Positions 41,350 to 57,134 of a stretch of DNA of 64,000 bases are shown piece after piece. Origin of the DNA: Reclinomonas americana ATCC 50394 (lineage: Eukaryota). Positions within the stretch are counted from its first letter, which is position 1. The number at the start of each line of letters is the position of its first letter. Both the position numbers and the translations under genes were made by a program. The notes beneath the pieces are model-generated. The model worked only from the letters and a program-made list of their open reading frames with translations. It was not told where the DNA came from and searched no databases. Where the stretch lies: positions 12,054-76,053 of the forward strand of contig PS015034.1 in the NCBI GenBank assembly GCA_048213135.1. Direction: 5' to 3'.

Positions 41350-43856
41350 TTAGTCGTCCTCACCGTCGCCACCGCCACCGCCACCACCACCCTCGTACCC
41401 ATCGTCATCGTCGTCGTCGGCAACGCACCGCCCAGCTCCCGAACCCGACGCCCCGCCCTCTTCGCCATCGCCTTCGCCATCGTCGGCGGCGCCTTCCTGG
41501 AAGCAGTCGGCCAGCGCGACGTCCTCCGAGGGTGCAGTGGACTCGTCGGCGGCCGCCAGCTTCTTCAGTGACGACTGCACCAGTTGAGCCTCCTCGGGGA
41601 CTCGTGGCGTGCGCGGCAGCCTCGGCAAGAACACGCGATCCATGGTGTAGAGCCAGCCAAGAGTACTGGCGAGCAGCACAAGTCAACCACAGCGGGTGAA
41701 ACCAGAGCGAAAATGAGGGCGAGTCACGCAACATGTCCTTGGCGTGCTGCGTAATGGACGGATAGATGGCGTCGCGCATAAACTTCTCAATCGCTTCCTG
41801 CACACTCGCGAGTGAGAAGAGGGCGCGCTGTGTGGGTTGGCATGTAGAGGCAGCAGCACAACTTGCTCCTCGACCCAGTCGAGATCCGCGGATTCGCCAT
41901 GCAGGCGATTCGCACGTGCACTGTACATGTTGTACTCGACGTGGCGCAGCATGAGACCGATGGCGGGCACGAGCGGAATGTTGACGCGCACATGCTTACG
42001 CAGTGCCCACACCATGGCCGCCAACTGGAAGTTGCCACGCACAACCAGCACCGTCATGGCTGTGATCACGCAACCAGGGAGTCAGTGAGAGGGCGTCGGT
42101 GAGGAGGCTTCCCATCTTCTCCAGCCAACGCACCGACCATCTTGCGGATCTGGTGAAGCAGGAAGCTCTGACCGATCACGCGCAGTCGAGCAAACTCCAC
42201 ACCCTCACTCTCAAACACCTCCTCCACCCGGAAGGAGCGAATGAGACGCTTCGCTTGCTCCATCTCCGCCGACAGATGATTGGTGAAGTTGTGGTACGGA
42301 TGCGTGCCGACATAGGTCGACAGCACCTCGTTGATGCGCGCTTGAATGTCGGCAGTCAGGCGGAAGTTGGTGATGCTGCATGTCGCGTTAGGAGGTAACA
42401 AACACACAAGAGTGTGACCTCTTGTTCACACGTAACTCGTGAGGATTCTCATTCGGTCTCCAGTCGGGATTCGTGCTGGACGCGGTCTGTAACAGAGATA
42501 CGTGAGGCGAAGGAGCAAGTGGAAGGAAGACAAGGCACGGCAAATGCACCGGCATTGGCTCAGAGCCGTCGTAAAACACAAACGAAGGGATGATGTAGTC
42601 GTAGCGACGAGCCGAGGCCGCATTCTTGCTGTTGAAGCCCTTATTGACGCGTCGGAAACCAAACACGCGAATGTCGTCCGGCAGGAACGAGTTGACGCGC
42701 TGCAAGAGCTCCACATTCTGCGCCTGCGTGTGATCGCCGTCGTGCATCAGCATCTTGAACGAGACCACTTGCGACACTGCGTGCACGCCCTTGTCGGTGC
42801 GCCCAGCACGTTGAAACGAGATCTGCAAAGGCATGCATTCAGCGTGTGATCACGAAAGAAACGAGGAGGAAAAGGCGAAAAGACCTTGTGCAGATCGCCT
42901 GCATTCAGCTGCGACACTGCGCCGGCCTTGGCCAGTGCGTCCAACAAGTGCAACTCGATCGTGTCTTGATTCGGGTTGCTGCAGGCACGGTAAGCAAGAC
43001 TAATACACACACACGCACGCAAGTATGCACGCGCTCACTCAACAGCTGCATGCCCTTGTACTTGAGGCCGTTGTATCCCAGCACCATGGCGACTTTGCGC
43101 TTCTTGAGAGACGGATCGCGAGCTGTGACAAAGAAGGAGAAGGGAGAAGGGAAGGGGAAGGGGAAGGAGAAGGGGAACGAGAAGGGAAGGAGAAGGGATG
43201 GAGAAGGGAAGGAGAAGGGAAGGAGAAGGGGAAGGAGAAGGGGAAGGAGAAGGGGAAGGAGAAGGGGAAGTCAATGTGTGCATGCAATCAATCACTCTTT
43301 CTTCACTCTCTCTCTCCCTTCTCGTTCTCTCTCCTTCCCACTCTCTCCCTTCCTCTCTCTCTCTCTCTCTCTTTCTTGCCTTCTCTCACTGTCACTCATT
43401 CGCTTCTCTCCCTGTTACTCATGCGCTCATTCTCACTCACCTTCTCTTCTCCTTCCCCTTCTCCTTCTCTTCTCCTTCTCCTTTCCCTTCTCCTTTCCCT
43501 TCACCCTCCCCCTTCTGTCTTCCCCCTTCTCCTTTCCCTTCTCCTTCCCTTCTCCATCCCTTCTCCTTCCCTTCTCCATCCCTTCTCCTACTCGCATTCT
43601 TTCGCACTCAACGAGGCAACTCTGGCTCGCCCTCTGCGCGTGGCATTCCCGTCCAATCCGGCACATCCCGTCGCACAGTGCTGTTGGGCTTGTCGTAACG
43701 CGAGCGACGATCCCATGAGCTGTTGTTCTTCCACTTGCCTCCTCTCTTGCCTCCACTGCTCTTGTCTCTCTGAGAAGCGGGGGCGGCTGCAGTGGTGGCG
43801 CGCTTGACTGCAGGTGCGTCGCTGCTGGCGTCGCCTTCTTCTGCTTCGCGTTTCAT
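41350..43856 (-). CDS. PUS1: tRNA pseudouridine synthase, TruA/Pus1 family
   Basis: KRKVAMVLGYNGLKYKGMQLNP, RAGRTDKGVHA (catalytic Asp), YVGTHPYHNFT and GQSFLLHQIRKMVG. Stop TAA at 41350; an alternative start lies near 43910. Confidence 0.92.
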
Positions 43857-43926
43857 TGGATAGAGAGGAGCTGAGGGACAAGAGGAGGAGGACAAGTACA
43901 CTCTTTTCATCTGCCAATCATGCACT

Positions 43927-45963
43927 TCACGTCCAGCCGGTGACGGAGCGGATGGTGGGCACGAGGCCGCCAAACATCTTTGTGTGTCCTTTCTGTGTTG
44001 TGGCGTGTGTGAGCGCGACGTGTGGAAGGAGCAGATGGAGCACGAGGGGACGAACCACTGACGGGTGCGAGTCGCAGCCAAAGTCGGATTGCTCGTTGAG
44101 CACGTGGAGCTGTGCAGCACAGAGCATGTTATATCAGTGTCGGTGATGTGTGAGAGAGGCAGAGATGCGCAACATCAACGTAGAATACGCGCGCGCTGTC
44201 GCCGCCGGCCTGGTTCACGGCGTGTCGTACGTTCTGGCAGCACGGGTCGCCAATCATGGGGCCGCACACAGCGAGAATGTACGGCGAGCTGCCGTACTTG
44301 GTGCGGAGGTAGCTGATGAACTGTGGTGCGCGCACACAACTGTCAGTGCATGCGAAATGAGCATGGAGCGACACAGGCTGACATACATCAACATAGGCCG
44401 ACACAAAGGTTTCGGCGGGCGGTGACGGCTCTGTGCATGCTTGTGTGAGAATTCGGCGACACGATGCACGAAAAAACGCCATGACATCGCCTTCACCTGT
44501 GCTGTAGTCGTTGGTGCCAAGGTTCAGCACCACCACGTCGGGCACGAAGAAGGCGAAGTTCCACGGGTTCACCGGCTGGCTGCCGAGAATGAACGGGTAG
44601 AGCTTCGGGAACGGCGTCTGGCTGACCGGGTTCTTGTCGGCGTAGTTCTGCTCACCGCAACAGAATGAGTGCAAAGGTAGAGAGCGAGGAGAGAGAGAAG
44701 AGAGGCAATAATGCGACGAACCCGGACTGCGAGGAACAAAAGGACAGTCAGTAATTGTTGCGAGACAAGCCGTGCACTTTCAAGCACGCACACACTCACC
44801 CATGCCCATGCCACTCCAGCAAGTGAGCGACACCTCGGCACCGAAATAGCGCGACGTCAAGTACGCGTACGCCTCATACTCGTTCTCCGTGTCGGCGGAG
44901 AAATTGCACGGCGCAGTTCCTGCACACTCGCCATAAGACACACACACGCACGCGACAAGCAAAAAACGCAGATACCGCACCTTCGTTTCCATAGCCACAC
45001 GTGATGCTGTCGCCGATAAACTCAATACGACGACCATTCCCACGCGGCAGACGCGACGACACCGGCATCACGAGCGCGTGACCCTCCGTCGATCCCACAG
45101 TGAATCCGTGCACGGTAACCACCTTGAACAGCGCCTCCGTGCGCTTCACCAGGCTCACCACGTGCTGTCCCTGCTTCAAGTTCTGCAACACACACACACA
45201 GTGTGAGCCACAAGAAGGATGCTGTCGGATTTCTCTGACTGTTTGCTTCACCGAGGCCAGTGTGTAGGTCTTTGGCAGCGGTCCGGTCGTCGTCTTGAGG
45301 ATGAACGTCGGCTTCTCGCCCATTACGCCACCTGTCGTAGGCGAGACGTCGACATAGACGTTGTACTCGTTGCCGCCGTCGGTGAGGCTCACAGAGAGTG
45401 AGGTGCCGATGAATTGGACCTCGATGAGGATGCCCGACCAGTCGAACCTTGAGAGGAGAGTGGAGAGTGAGTGAGAGGGAGGAAGGGAGTGAAGGGAGTG
45501 AGTGAGTGAGTGAGTGAGTGAGTGAGTGAGTGAGTGAGTGAGTGAGTGATTGAGTGATTGAGTGATTGAGTGAGTGAGTGAGTGAGTGAGTGAGTGAGTG
45601 AGTGTGTGTGTGAGTGAGAGAGAAAGGAGAGAGTGCAGTGAGTGAATGAACGAGGGAAGAGAGAGCAGTGAGTGAGTGAGTGAGAGAGAGAGAGAGTGCA
45701 GGTCAATGCATGCATGACATCATCATTCTCTCTCTTCGCTCTTCTCTCCTTCTTGTGTGTGTCACCCGCAACTGCACTGTGCTGTTTGAGGTGCCATACA
45801 CACGCCCAGTGTATGAGATGACTGGGTCTGAGGCGGCCACAAAGAGCTCACTGACACTCTCCTCTGGATGCAGGTCGAATGCCGAGGGAGAGGGAGTGGA
45901 AGAGGAGGCGTGCACGACAATCGCACACAAGAGGAGAGCGAGAGAGAGCGCTCGGAACAACAT
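43927..45963 (-). CDS. Secreted SGNH/GDSL esterase, carbohydrate esterase family 2 (acetyl-xylan/glucomannan esterase)-like
   Basis: Signal peptide MLFRALSLALLLCAIVVHA, then ISYTGR, FDWSG, LVKRTEA, RRIEFIGDSITCGYGNEG, WSGMG, PDVVVLNLGTNDYS and GCDSHPS. Stop TGA at 43927. Confidence 0.85.
45495..45610. repeat. (GAGT)n tetramer microsatellite, intronic
   Basis: Tandem gagt/gatt in the first intron of the CE2 esterase. Confidence 0.9.
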
Positions 45964-46015
45964 TGGTGAGAGAAAGTGTACTGTAAATGGTGACCGTTTC
46001 ACTGCGTTTTTCCTA

Positions 46016-47280
46016 ATGTCGTCGTCGAGAAATGATAAGGTGGGAGTGAGGAGAAAGGGAGGGAGGGAGAGGGAGGGAGAAAGGTTGAAGGAAAGGGTTC
46101 GGGAGACAGACGAGGAAGAGTGCAAGAGATCGGAGCGAGAACGTTAACATTGAGAGACAGAAGCGAGAGAGAGAGAGAGAGAGAGAAGAGAAGAGAAGAG
46201 AAGAAGAAAAGAAGCTACAGAACGCAGGGGCGAGTGAGGGGAGAGAAACAAGGCGGAACGGAGAACGACAGACGGGATAGACAGAAACTCTGACGAGAGA
46301 GAGCAGAAACAAAATTACTCTCTTTCTCTCCCTCTCCCTCTCCCTCTCCCTCTCCCTCTCCTCTCCCTCTCCCTCTCCCTCTCCCTCTCCCTCCCTCGCC
46401 CTCTCCCCCTCTCCCTCTCCCTCTCCCTCTCACTAACGCGCACGCAGGAGGGCGGTGACGACGATGTGGCACTGAGAGCGTGGCTCGAGGAGCGTGGAAT
46501 TCCGGCGCCCAATGACCGCCAGCTGGAGGCAGCAGCTGCGGCGGTGGCAGTGACGTGGCAGCCACGAGCTATGCGTCTCACAATGACAGCACTGGCGAAC
46601 TGGGCGGTGTCGCAAGCAGTTGCGTCACACCATTATTGACAAGGTCTGCTCTTCCTCTCATTGTTCTCTCCAGCTTCCCGTTCCTCTTGTTGATGCTGGT
46701 GGCGACGCGTGGTACGCGTGCCATCAGCGACTGGCCTCAAGTGCGCCACAGTGGCAAGTTCATTCGCACGCGGAGCTGCCGTTTGTGGCACCGTTCATGG
46801 CTGTCAAGTTGCTCACCGAGGTCTTCTTGTCAACTTTCTTCACCGTCCGTTGCCGCTTGTCTCACTGCCTTCGCCAAGCAGGTTGCCGACGAGTTCCCCG
46901 AGCTGCAGCAAGACGCCACCGCGCTGAAACACGTCTTGTATTCGTTTGTTGGCAAGTGGCGAGTCGACGAAGTTCAGCTGGCGCACGATTTCAATCGCCT
47001 CTGCATGTTCATTGAGCCGTGTCCTGCGGTGCACGCCGATGGCGATGAGGAATATGAGCGATGTGTACTGCATACCACTCGTGTGGAGGCCGCCGCAGTG
47101 GCTGTCGGCGACGTTAATCGTCTAGCGCAGGCCATGGCGACGACGTTCCGATTCGGCGGTCACTGGTACCAGCTGACCGCCATCGCCATGGAGTACACTG
47201 GTGCTCGCTTCACCGAGGCCGCTCAGCTGCGTGCCGGGCGAACATTCATGGCCGGACTGCAGGCCAGCGCGACCAATTGA
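46016..47280 (+). CDS. Hypothetical multi-exon protein
   Basis: MSSSRNDK, then an intron with a CTAAC branch site and acceptor at 46447, followed by in-frame exons EGGDDDVALRAWLEERG..., LPVPLVDAGG... and VADEFPELQQD...ASATN-TGA. No family recognised. Confidence 0.55.
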
Positions 47281-47332
47281 AGTTGTGGTGCGATTCAACC
47301 AACCAACCAACCAATCGTTGTCTCTGTGGGTA

Positions 47333-49104
47333 ATGGAGAGCGGGCAGTCTCACGAGACAACTGTGCATGTTGCTGCAGAAGAGGAGTATGCGCTTGATGT
47401 GCACGACACACGCGCACTCAATATGCAACGAATTCGACTTGTCTGTGAGTGGTTTGTGGAGACTCTTGCGCGCAATGAGTGTCCGCGTTTGGTGATCCCC
47501 GACAGACGCGCCATTGCCAATGTGCGGTGCGTCTTACTTGAGTGGTGTGAGCAACTCATGTGTGTGCATATGTGAGCTGAAGTGGGTGTCTGCGGAAGGA
47601 GACAGATTTTCCGACCAAAGTGAACGATTCGAGTGGACTGGTGCGCAGGAAATTGTATCGCGATGTGTGCCGACTTCTTCGCGTGGTCTGCGACGAATGG
47701 GTATGTGTGTGCTGTCTGCCTCTGTGTGATGCAGCTGTTTGTCTGACTAGCGCACACACAGCTGCCGTGTTTGCCGTCATGGCTGCCATGTTCAGACAAC
47801 TGCGCGCGGGCACAGTTTGCTCGAAACGGTGCGTGTACATTTTGCACAGAACAGCAACACGCCTGTCGCTCATCTCTGTGCGTCGCACCCCAGGGAGATC
47901 TACTACCAGCACACCCACCTGTTCAACTCGCAACATGTGGTGAACGAGGCCGTGGAGGATGTGTGCGCGCTGTTTGGCGTCCCGCGACACACGCTCAATA
48001 TTGTTGCGCTGCGCCGTGCCGAGCTGCTGTCGTTTGTCGCTCCTGCTGACTCCACGCAGATCGGAGCACCGCGCAGTCTTGTGTACGGCTCACTCTTTTG
48101 GCGCGACGAGAATGGCGAACTGGTGGACTGCACGTCAAACCCGCAGGTGCGTGCGACAACCACCTGTGCGTACCACACTCATCTGTTTATGTGCTCACCG
48201 ATCGCCGCGGCAGGGAACACTGGTCGACAGCCGCTTCAGTGATGGTGAGTGGTAGGCAGAATACGGTACGCAGACTGCTTGCTAACTCTGCAATGACGAA
48301 AGCCTACGAGGTGGCGGGCGAGGCCTCATTTGTGTTGGTGGTGGAGGACCACGCCACCTTTTGCAAGCTGCTGGAGCTCGACTTTTGCGCCACGCACGCA
48401 CCTTGCGTACTCATCACAGGGCGCGGCTACCCAGACAATGCCTGTCGCTGGCTCCTGCAGCGCATCTGTGTGGAGATGGAGGAGACGTCGGTGTATGTGC
48501 TCACCGACGCCGACCCGTTCGGCATGGACATTGCGCTGATGTATGCACACGGATCCACGGTTGCGTCGTGCGAAGATCGCCACAGCGTCGTGGCGCCAAC
48601 TCACCTGCATGTGTGTGTGTGCACCCAGGTGGCGAGCTACGAAGGGTGCGCAGCGCCACGGCTTGAGTGGATCGGCGTGCTTCCGAGCGAAATCCACGAG
48701 TTGCGTGGACTCCTAGCAGTGCACACTTCACCACTTGCTTACTCAAGGAGCACCAGGCTCGGCATCGAGGACGACAGCATCGCACCATTCACGGCGCACG
48801 ACGACCGACGGTGCACCGTGCTGGAGGAGAAGCTGCGGCTGCTTCCCGAGCCCAACATGTGGACGTTGCGTACTCAACAATCCACTTCGACACCACATTG
48901 CTCACCACGCGCAAACTCCACAGACCACAACTGGAGGCCATGAAGGCTCATCGTACCAAGGTGGAGATCCAGTCGCTCGTGACACTGCACGCCGACTTCC
49001 TTGCCAGCACCTACCTCCCTCTCAAGATTCGCGAGATTCGCGAAAACTCTCCGGTGGCCGAAGGCGTCGACTGGTCCTATCCCTTCCTTGACGAATTGTG
49101 GTGA
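47333..49104 (+). CDS. SPO11: Spo11 / DNA topoisomerase VI subunit A
   Basis: Nine introns. SKREIYY (catalytic Tyr), VCALFGVPRHTLNI, FVLVVED, LITGRGYPD, LTDADPFG (TOPRIM DxD), LEWIGVLPSE, KVEIQSL and YLPLKI. Stop TGA at 49104. Confidence 0.95.
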
Positions 49105-49158
49105 ACGCTCACAGCAATAACAACAAAACACTTCACATGCACACTACTGATTTCGGTC

Positions 49159-50935
49159 TTACGGTCTTCGCTCGCTTCGCAAGTATCGATTCCGTCGCGC
49201 CCGCTGGCGCTGACGCGGTGGTGGTCTCTGTTGCGCCACCTCCTCGGATGGTGGTGACGTCGACGATGTAGAGGCTGCAGGCGACGCATTGCCAGTCTCC
49301 CGCTCGCGTGAATAGACCTCCTGTGCCGCCAGCGTCACTAGATCGATCGCGTCGTCATCTTGGTTCACCCGCTCGCCAATCAAATCCGACAGCATGCCCG
49401 CCGTGGCATTCATGTGGATTCCCGTTCGGTAGGCGTACTCGGGTCCAGTGAACCCCCAAAAGTCGAAGCACGCCTGCGGATTCTCGTCGGCAGTCGGAGC
49501 CGCTTGCGGATACAAGATCACAATCCTGTTGGCCTCGGCCCAGCGGTTGTAGCTCTGCGGCGAGAGACACGAAAAACGTTAACAGTGGTTGGGGAAATAC
49601 ATCAGCCCGGCAGCATCACGCAACAGTGTCGACGATGAATGATGTGCCGACTTGCGCCGACGACTGGCCGCAGCCATGGAATGCCACATGCAGCCGGCAC
49701 TCTTTTGTATGGAAACACACAACGGGTCAGAGAGAGACTCCCACACACGCATGCATGTTCGCACACGCAACTCGTCTTGCCACCAAGACATGGCGTGGGA
49801 ACGTAGTAGTAACCCTGAGCAGCGAGACCGTGCACGGTCGGTGATTTAGCGTAGTAGCCCTGATCAAAGATGAAAATCTGCGCCGCGCAAGACGTGAGTC
49901 TAACGCGAGAGTGCCGTGTGGGGAGGGTGGGAACACGGACGCAACATTGTTGTTGTTGGGACTGGTCGCCGGCAACAGGTCGTGGTTGGCGTAGACCTTG
50001 CGGAACATGTCGCCGACTCCATCCTGCACGTAAAGGGGATCAGAGGCAGAGAGGGAGAGGGAGAGAGGGAGAGAGGGAGAAGAAGTTGACGCACCAGATT
50101 GCAGCTGTTCACAAACGGTGCTCCGAGATATTGGCACCGATGCAGCGTCTGGCCCGGCAGCGGCACCGTCGGCACACAGTGCTCACTGGGCGTGCTGAAC
50201 TGCGTCGTCACATTCAGGTTGAAGCCCACACGATAATAGTCGGAGAGCGCTTGCGAAACCGCTGGAGAATGCAACAGGTGAGTGAGTCGACAGAAAAACA
50301 CAAGATCGCCAAGGAATCCACGCAACAGCCCGGCATCACGCTATCCAACGCGCCGTGATACACATACACATACGAGCCCGTCATATTCGCCGGCTTGTCG
50401 ATGTACCCCTGTCGCGCAAATGAATCCGTGCTGTCAATGAGGCTCTGCACATCGATGCTGGTCGCCTGCCGGAAGACGGAAGAGTGAGTGAGTGAGCAAC
50501 AGGCCCTCCCTTCTTCCTGCATCGCACACCAGCAAGCAGTCGTTGATCAATGAAAACGTGGACTTGTCGCGCGCACAATAGTACGGTCCTCCGGCAAAGG
50601 CACCGACACCACGAACCACTGTGCCATCATATCTCCCTCAGCAAGTGTGCGTCGCCAGTCCAATCACAAGCAGCAACGCAACATCGACTGAATGCCACGT
50701 GGAACTGCACGGCCATGAAGGCACCTCCGCCGAGTCCACTCACCGTGACTGCCTCGGTGTCGATTGACAGAAGGGCTGTTGTGTTGTGTGCATGAGTGAG
50801 TTCAGTGTGCAGAGGAGAGTGAGTGCTGCTGCTTGCGCAACGAAGTCGCCCGCCATCTGATGCAGCACTGATGCAGGCCATGGCAGCCAGCACAGCGATG
50901 AGTGTGAGGGCGCGCGCACACGTCATGCTCGGCAT
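49159..50935 (-). CDS. Secreted poly(3-hydroxybutyrate) depolymerase-like alpha/beta hydrolase with the nucleophile Ser replaced by Gly
   Basis: Signal peptide, then VTVSGLGGGAFMAVQFHVAFS, GVGAFAGGPYYCA, VYHGALDSV, EHCVPT, CRLHVAFHGCGQ, YNRWAEANRIVILYPQ and NPQACFDFWG. Stop TAA at 49159. Confidence 0.85.
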
Positions 50936-51367
50936 GTCGCCAACTCTTCGTGCACACACTCACTCCGTCGATGGCGATGGCGATGAGTCAAGGGATGAAG
51001 GTGGGAGGAGGAGGAGGAGGAAGAGGAGGAGGGGCAAGCCGAGAGCCGAGAGACGAGTGCGTGATGGTGCACGAGGAGACGCTGGTAGGACAGATGTCTT
51101 GAAGTTCTGCGAGGTCAACACTGCATCCTTTACTGAGTCACAGGAGTAGTACAGCTGCATGATGACCACTGTCGTGAATCAGCACCCGAAACAAGACATC
51201 CCGTCACAGAATGGAGTTGCAAGATTAATCTGCATGAAGCCAATTGCAAACGTCAAAAACGACTGCAAGAGGGATGCGCTGCATTCAAGGAGCCCAACTA
51301 CAGTACATACGAAAGAACAGCGCAGCGGGGCAGCACCACGTATTCTGTTCTGCAGCTGCTGTCTCGG

Positions 51368-52465
51368 TCACCATCGCTCACACGCGTGACACCGGAACAG
51401 GATGACCTCTGCTTCCTCCACCATGAAACAGCGCAGCACCATCTCTGGCAGGCAACGAGAATGCACGACCTCGACCTCCTCCTCCTCCTCCTCCTCCTCC
51501 CGCTGCATCTCCTGCACAGTGCACATGGCCGACCGCAACGCGTCGAGCTCCAGCTGGGCGAGGCCGTGCACAGTGGACCACACGCGCACTGTATAATCCG
51601 AGCTGGCACTCGCAATGTGCTGGCCATTGGGGGACACGGCGACCGAGTGCACCACATTCGCGTGCCCCTCCAGAAGCTGCACTTGCTCGCCACTCGCCAG
51701 AGACCACACCCGTACCGACTTGTCTCGGCTGCCACTCACAACGTGCACGCCGTCAAGAGTGATGGCGATAGACCGCACCCAGTGGGTGTGCCTCTCCATC
51801 CGCCGCACCAATCGGCCAGTGGGCAGAGAAAACACACACACCGCTTTCCTGGTGCAGCCACTGAGAACGTGCTGACCGTCGGGAGTGACGGCCACCGATT
51901 GCACCAGGCCCGGGCCTTTCATCCGCTGCATCTCCTCCTCTTCGCCTGCCGCCAGTGACCACACTCGCACCGTCTTGTCAACACTCCCACTCACGACATG
52001 CTGCCCGTCGGGAGTGACGACCACGCATTGCACCCAGGCAGTGTGGCCCTCAAGTCGCCGCACCTCCTCACCACTTGCCAGCAGCCACACCCGCAACGTG
52101 CGGTCCTCACTCCCACTCACCACGTGTCGACTATCGGGAGTGACGGCGACTGACAGCACCGCGGCCGTGTGTCCCTGCAACTGCCGCTCTTCTCTGCCAC
52201 TCGCCAGTGACCACACACGCACAGTCTCATCCGCGCTTCCACTGACCGCGTGAAGACCATCGGGGGTGACGGCGACAGACCACACCCAGTCAGTGTGTCC
52301 CACCAGTCGTTGCACCTCCACACCGCTTGCCAGCAGCCACACTCGCACGCTTTTGTCATCACTGCCGCTCACCACGTGTTGTCCGTCGGGGGTGAAGGCG
52401 ACAGAACACACACCGTTGGTGTGCCCGCGAAGAATGTTGCAGAAGAGAGGAGTGGTCAGCGCCAT
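51368..52465 (-). CDS. Intronless WD40-repeat protein (about 7 near-identical repeats plus a C-terminal tail)
   Basis: Uninterrupted 365-aa ORF of GHT..V.SVAVTPDG.HVVSGS.D.TVRVW repeats, with tail LAQLELDALRSAMCTVQEMQ...RCLPEMVLRCFMVEEAEVILFRC. Confidence 0.92.
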   Translation of the reverse strand: MALTTPLFCNILRGHTNGVCSVAFTPDGQHVVSGSDDKSVRVWLLASGVEVQRLVGHTDWVWSVAVTPDGLHAVSGSADETVRVWSLASGREERQLQGHTAAVLSVAVTPDSRHVVSGSEDRTLRVWLLASGEEVRRLEGHTAWVQCVVVTPDGQHVVSGSVDKTVRVWSLAAGEEEEMQRMKGPGLVQSVAVTPDGQHVLSGCTRKAVCVFSLPTGRLVRRMERHTHWVRSIAITLDGVHVVSGSRDKSVRVWSLASGEQVQLLEGHANVVHSVAVSPNGQHIASASSDYTVRVWSTVHGLAQLELDALRSAMCTVQEMQREEEEEEEEVEVVHSRCLPEMVLRCFMVEEAEVILFRCHACERW

Positions 52466-52607
52466 GATGGAGTGTGGTGAGGGAGAGGGAGAGAGAGAGA
52501 GAGAGAGGGGAGGGGGGGGGGAGTATGCGTGCACAAACACAACTCGACGGAATGCCTGGACTGCCTGACTCCGTCTCTCGAAGTTCAATCGTGCTCTCAA
52601 TTCATTA

Positions 52608-56067
<3,460 letters not shown>

Positions 56068-57134
56068 NNNNNNNNNNNNNNNNNNNNNNNNNNNNNNNNN
56101 NNNNNNNNNNNNNNNNNNNNNNNNNNNNNNNNNNNNNNNNNNNNNNNNNNNNNNNNNNNNNNNNNNNNNNNNNNNNNNNNNNNNNNNNNNNNNNNNNNNN
56201 NNNNNNNNNNNNNNNNNNNNNNNNNNNNNNNNNNNNNNNNNNNNNNNNNNNNNNNNNNNNNNNNNNNNNNNNNNNNNNNNNNNNNNNNNNNNNNNNNNNN
56301 NNNNNNNNNNNNNNNNNNNNNNNNNNNNNNNNNNNNNNNNNNNNNNNNNNNNNNNNNNNNNNNNNNNNNNNNNNNNNNNNNNNNNNNNNNNNNNNNNNNN
56401 NNNNNNNNNNNNNNNNNNNNNNNNNNNNNNNNNNNNNNNNNNNNNNNNNNNNNNNNNNNNNNNNNNNNNNNNNNNNNNNNNNNNNNNNNNNNNNNNNNNN
56501 NNNNNNNNNNNNNNNNNNNNNNNNNNNNNNNGAGAACCAGCAGTGCGGTCGTATCGTGGTCCACCGGCTCGTATGCCTGAGGTTCGCCAGCCCAGACGAG
56601 CTGCTGCAACTGCGAAATCAGTGGAAAGTTGAACCACCTGCTCAAGCCACCCTCATGATCATGATCACCGACACCAACACGACAAGCTCCCTTTTGTTCA
56701 ACCACATCGTCAATGTTTGCCTGCTTCACGGATCCGGACCGGTCCCGGCTTTGCTTTGTTTGCCTGGCTATGGCCTTTCCCCGAATTCGATGTGCCGTGT
56801 ACGAGCGCAGAAAACACTATGCGTCTATGCAAGTGCGTCAAATCCACGCTTGTGCGGTGAAGACTGCGGTTCTCGACTTGCTCGAAGCTCCGAGAACGAA
56901 CACACACACACACACACAAGGAACCTGCTGCTGCCTCGAGATTGGTGTTTGTGTTGATGTTTTGGATACGGTTGAACTTGGTCATCAAGCCAGCTGTTGC
57001 TTGTTTGTTGGTGAATGAATTTGTTGTTGTGGACATTTGTTGTTTCCAGCACTTCTCTTCTTCCTTGTGAAGTCTCACCGTTCTCCTCCCATCCCTTCCG
57101 CTTAATTTTATTTCCCCGTTGCGCCTTTGACGAC

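Noticed and set aside
56532-57050. Possible small minus-strand gene (MSTTTNSF... / ...EPQAYEPVDHD)
   Set aside because: I could not build a consistent spliced frame or recognise a family, and it is truncated by a gap.
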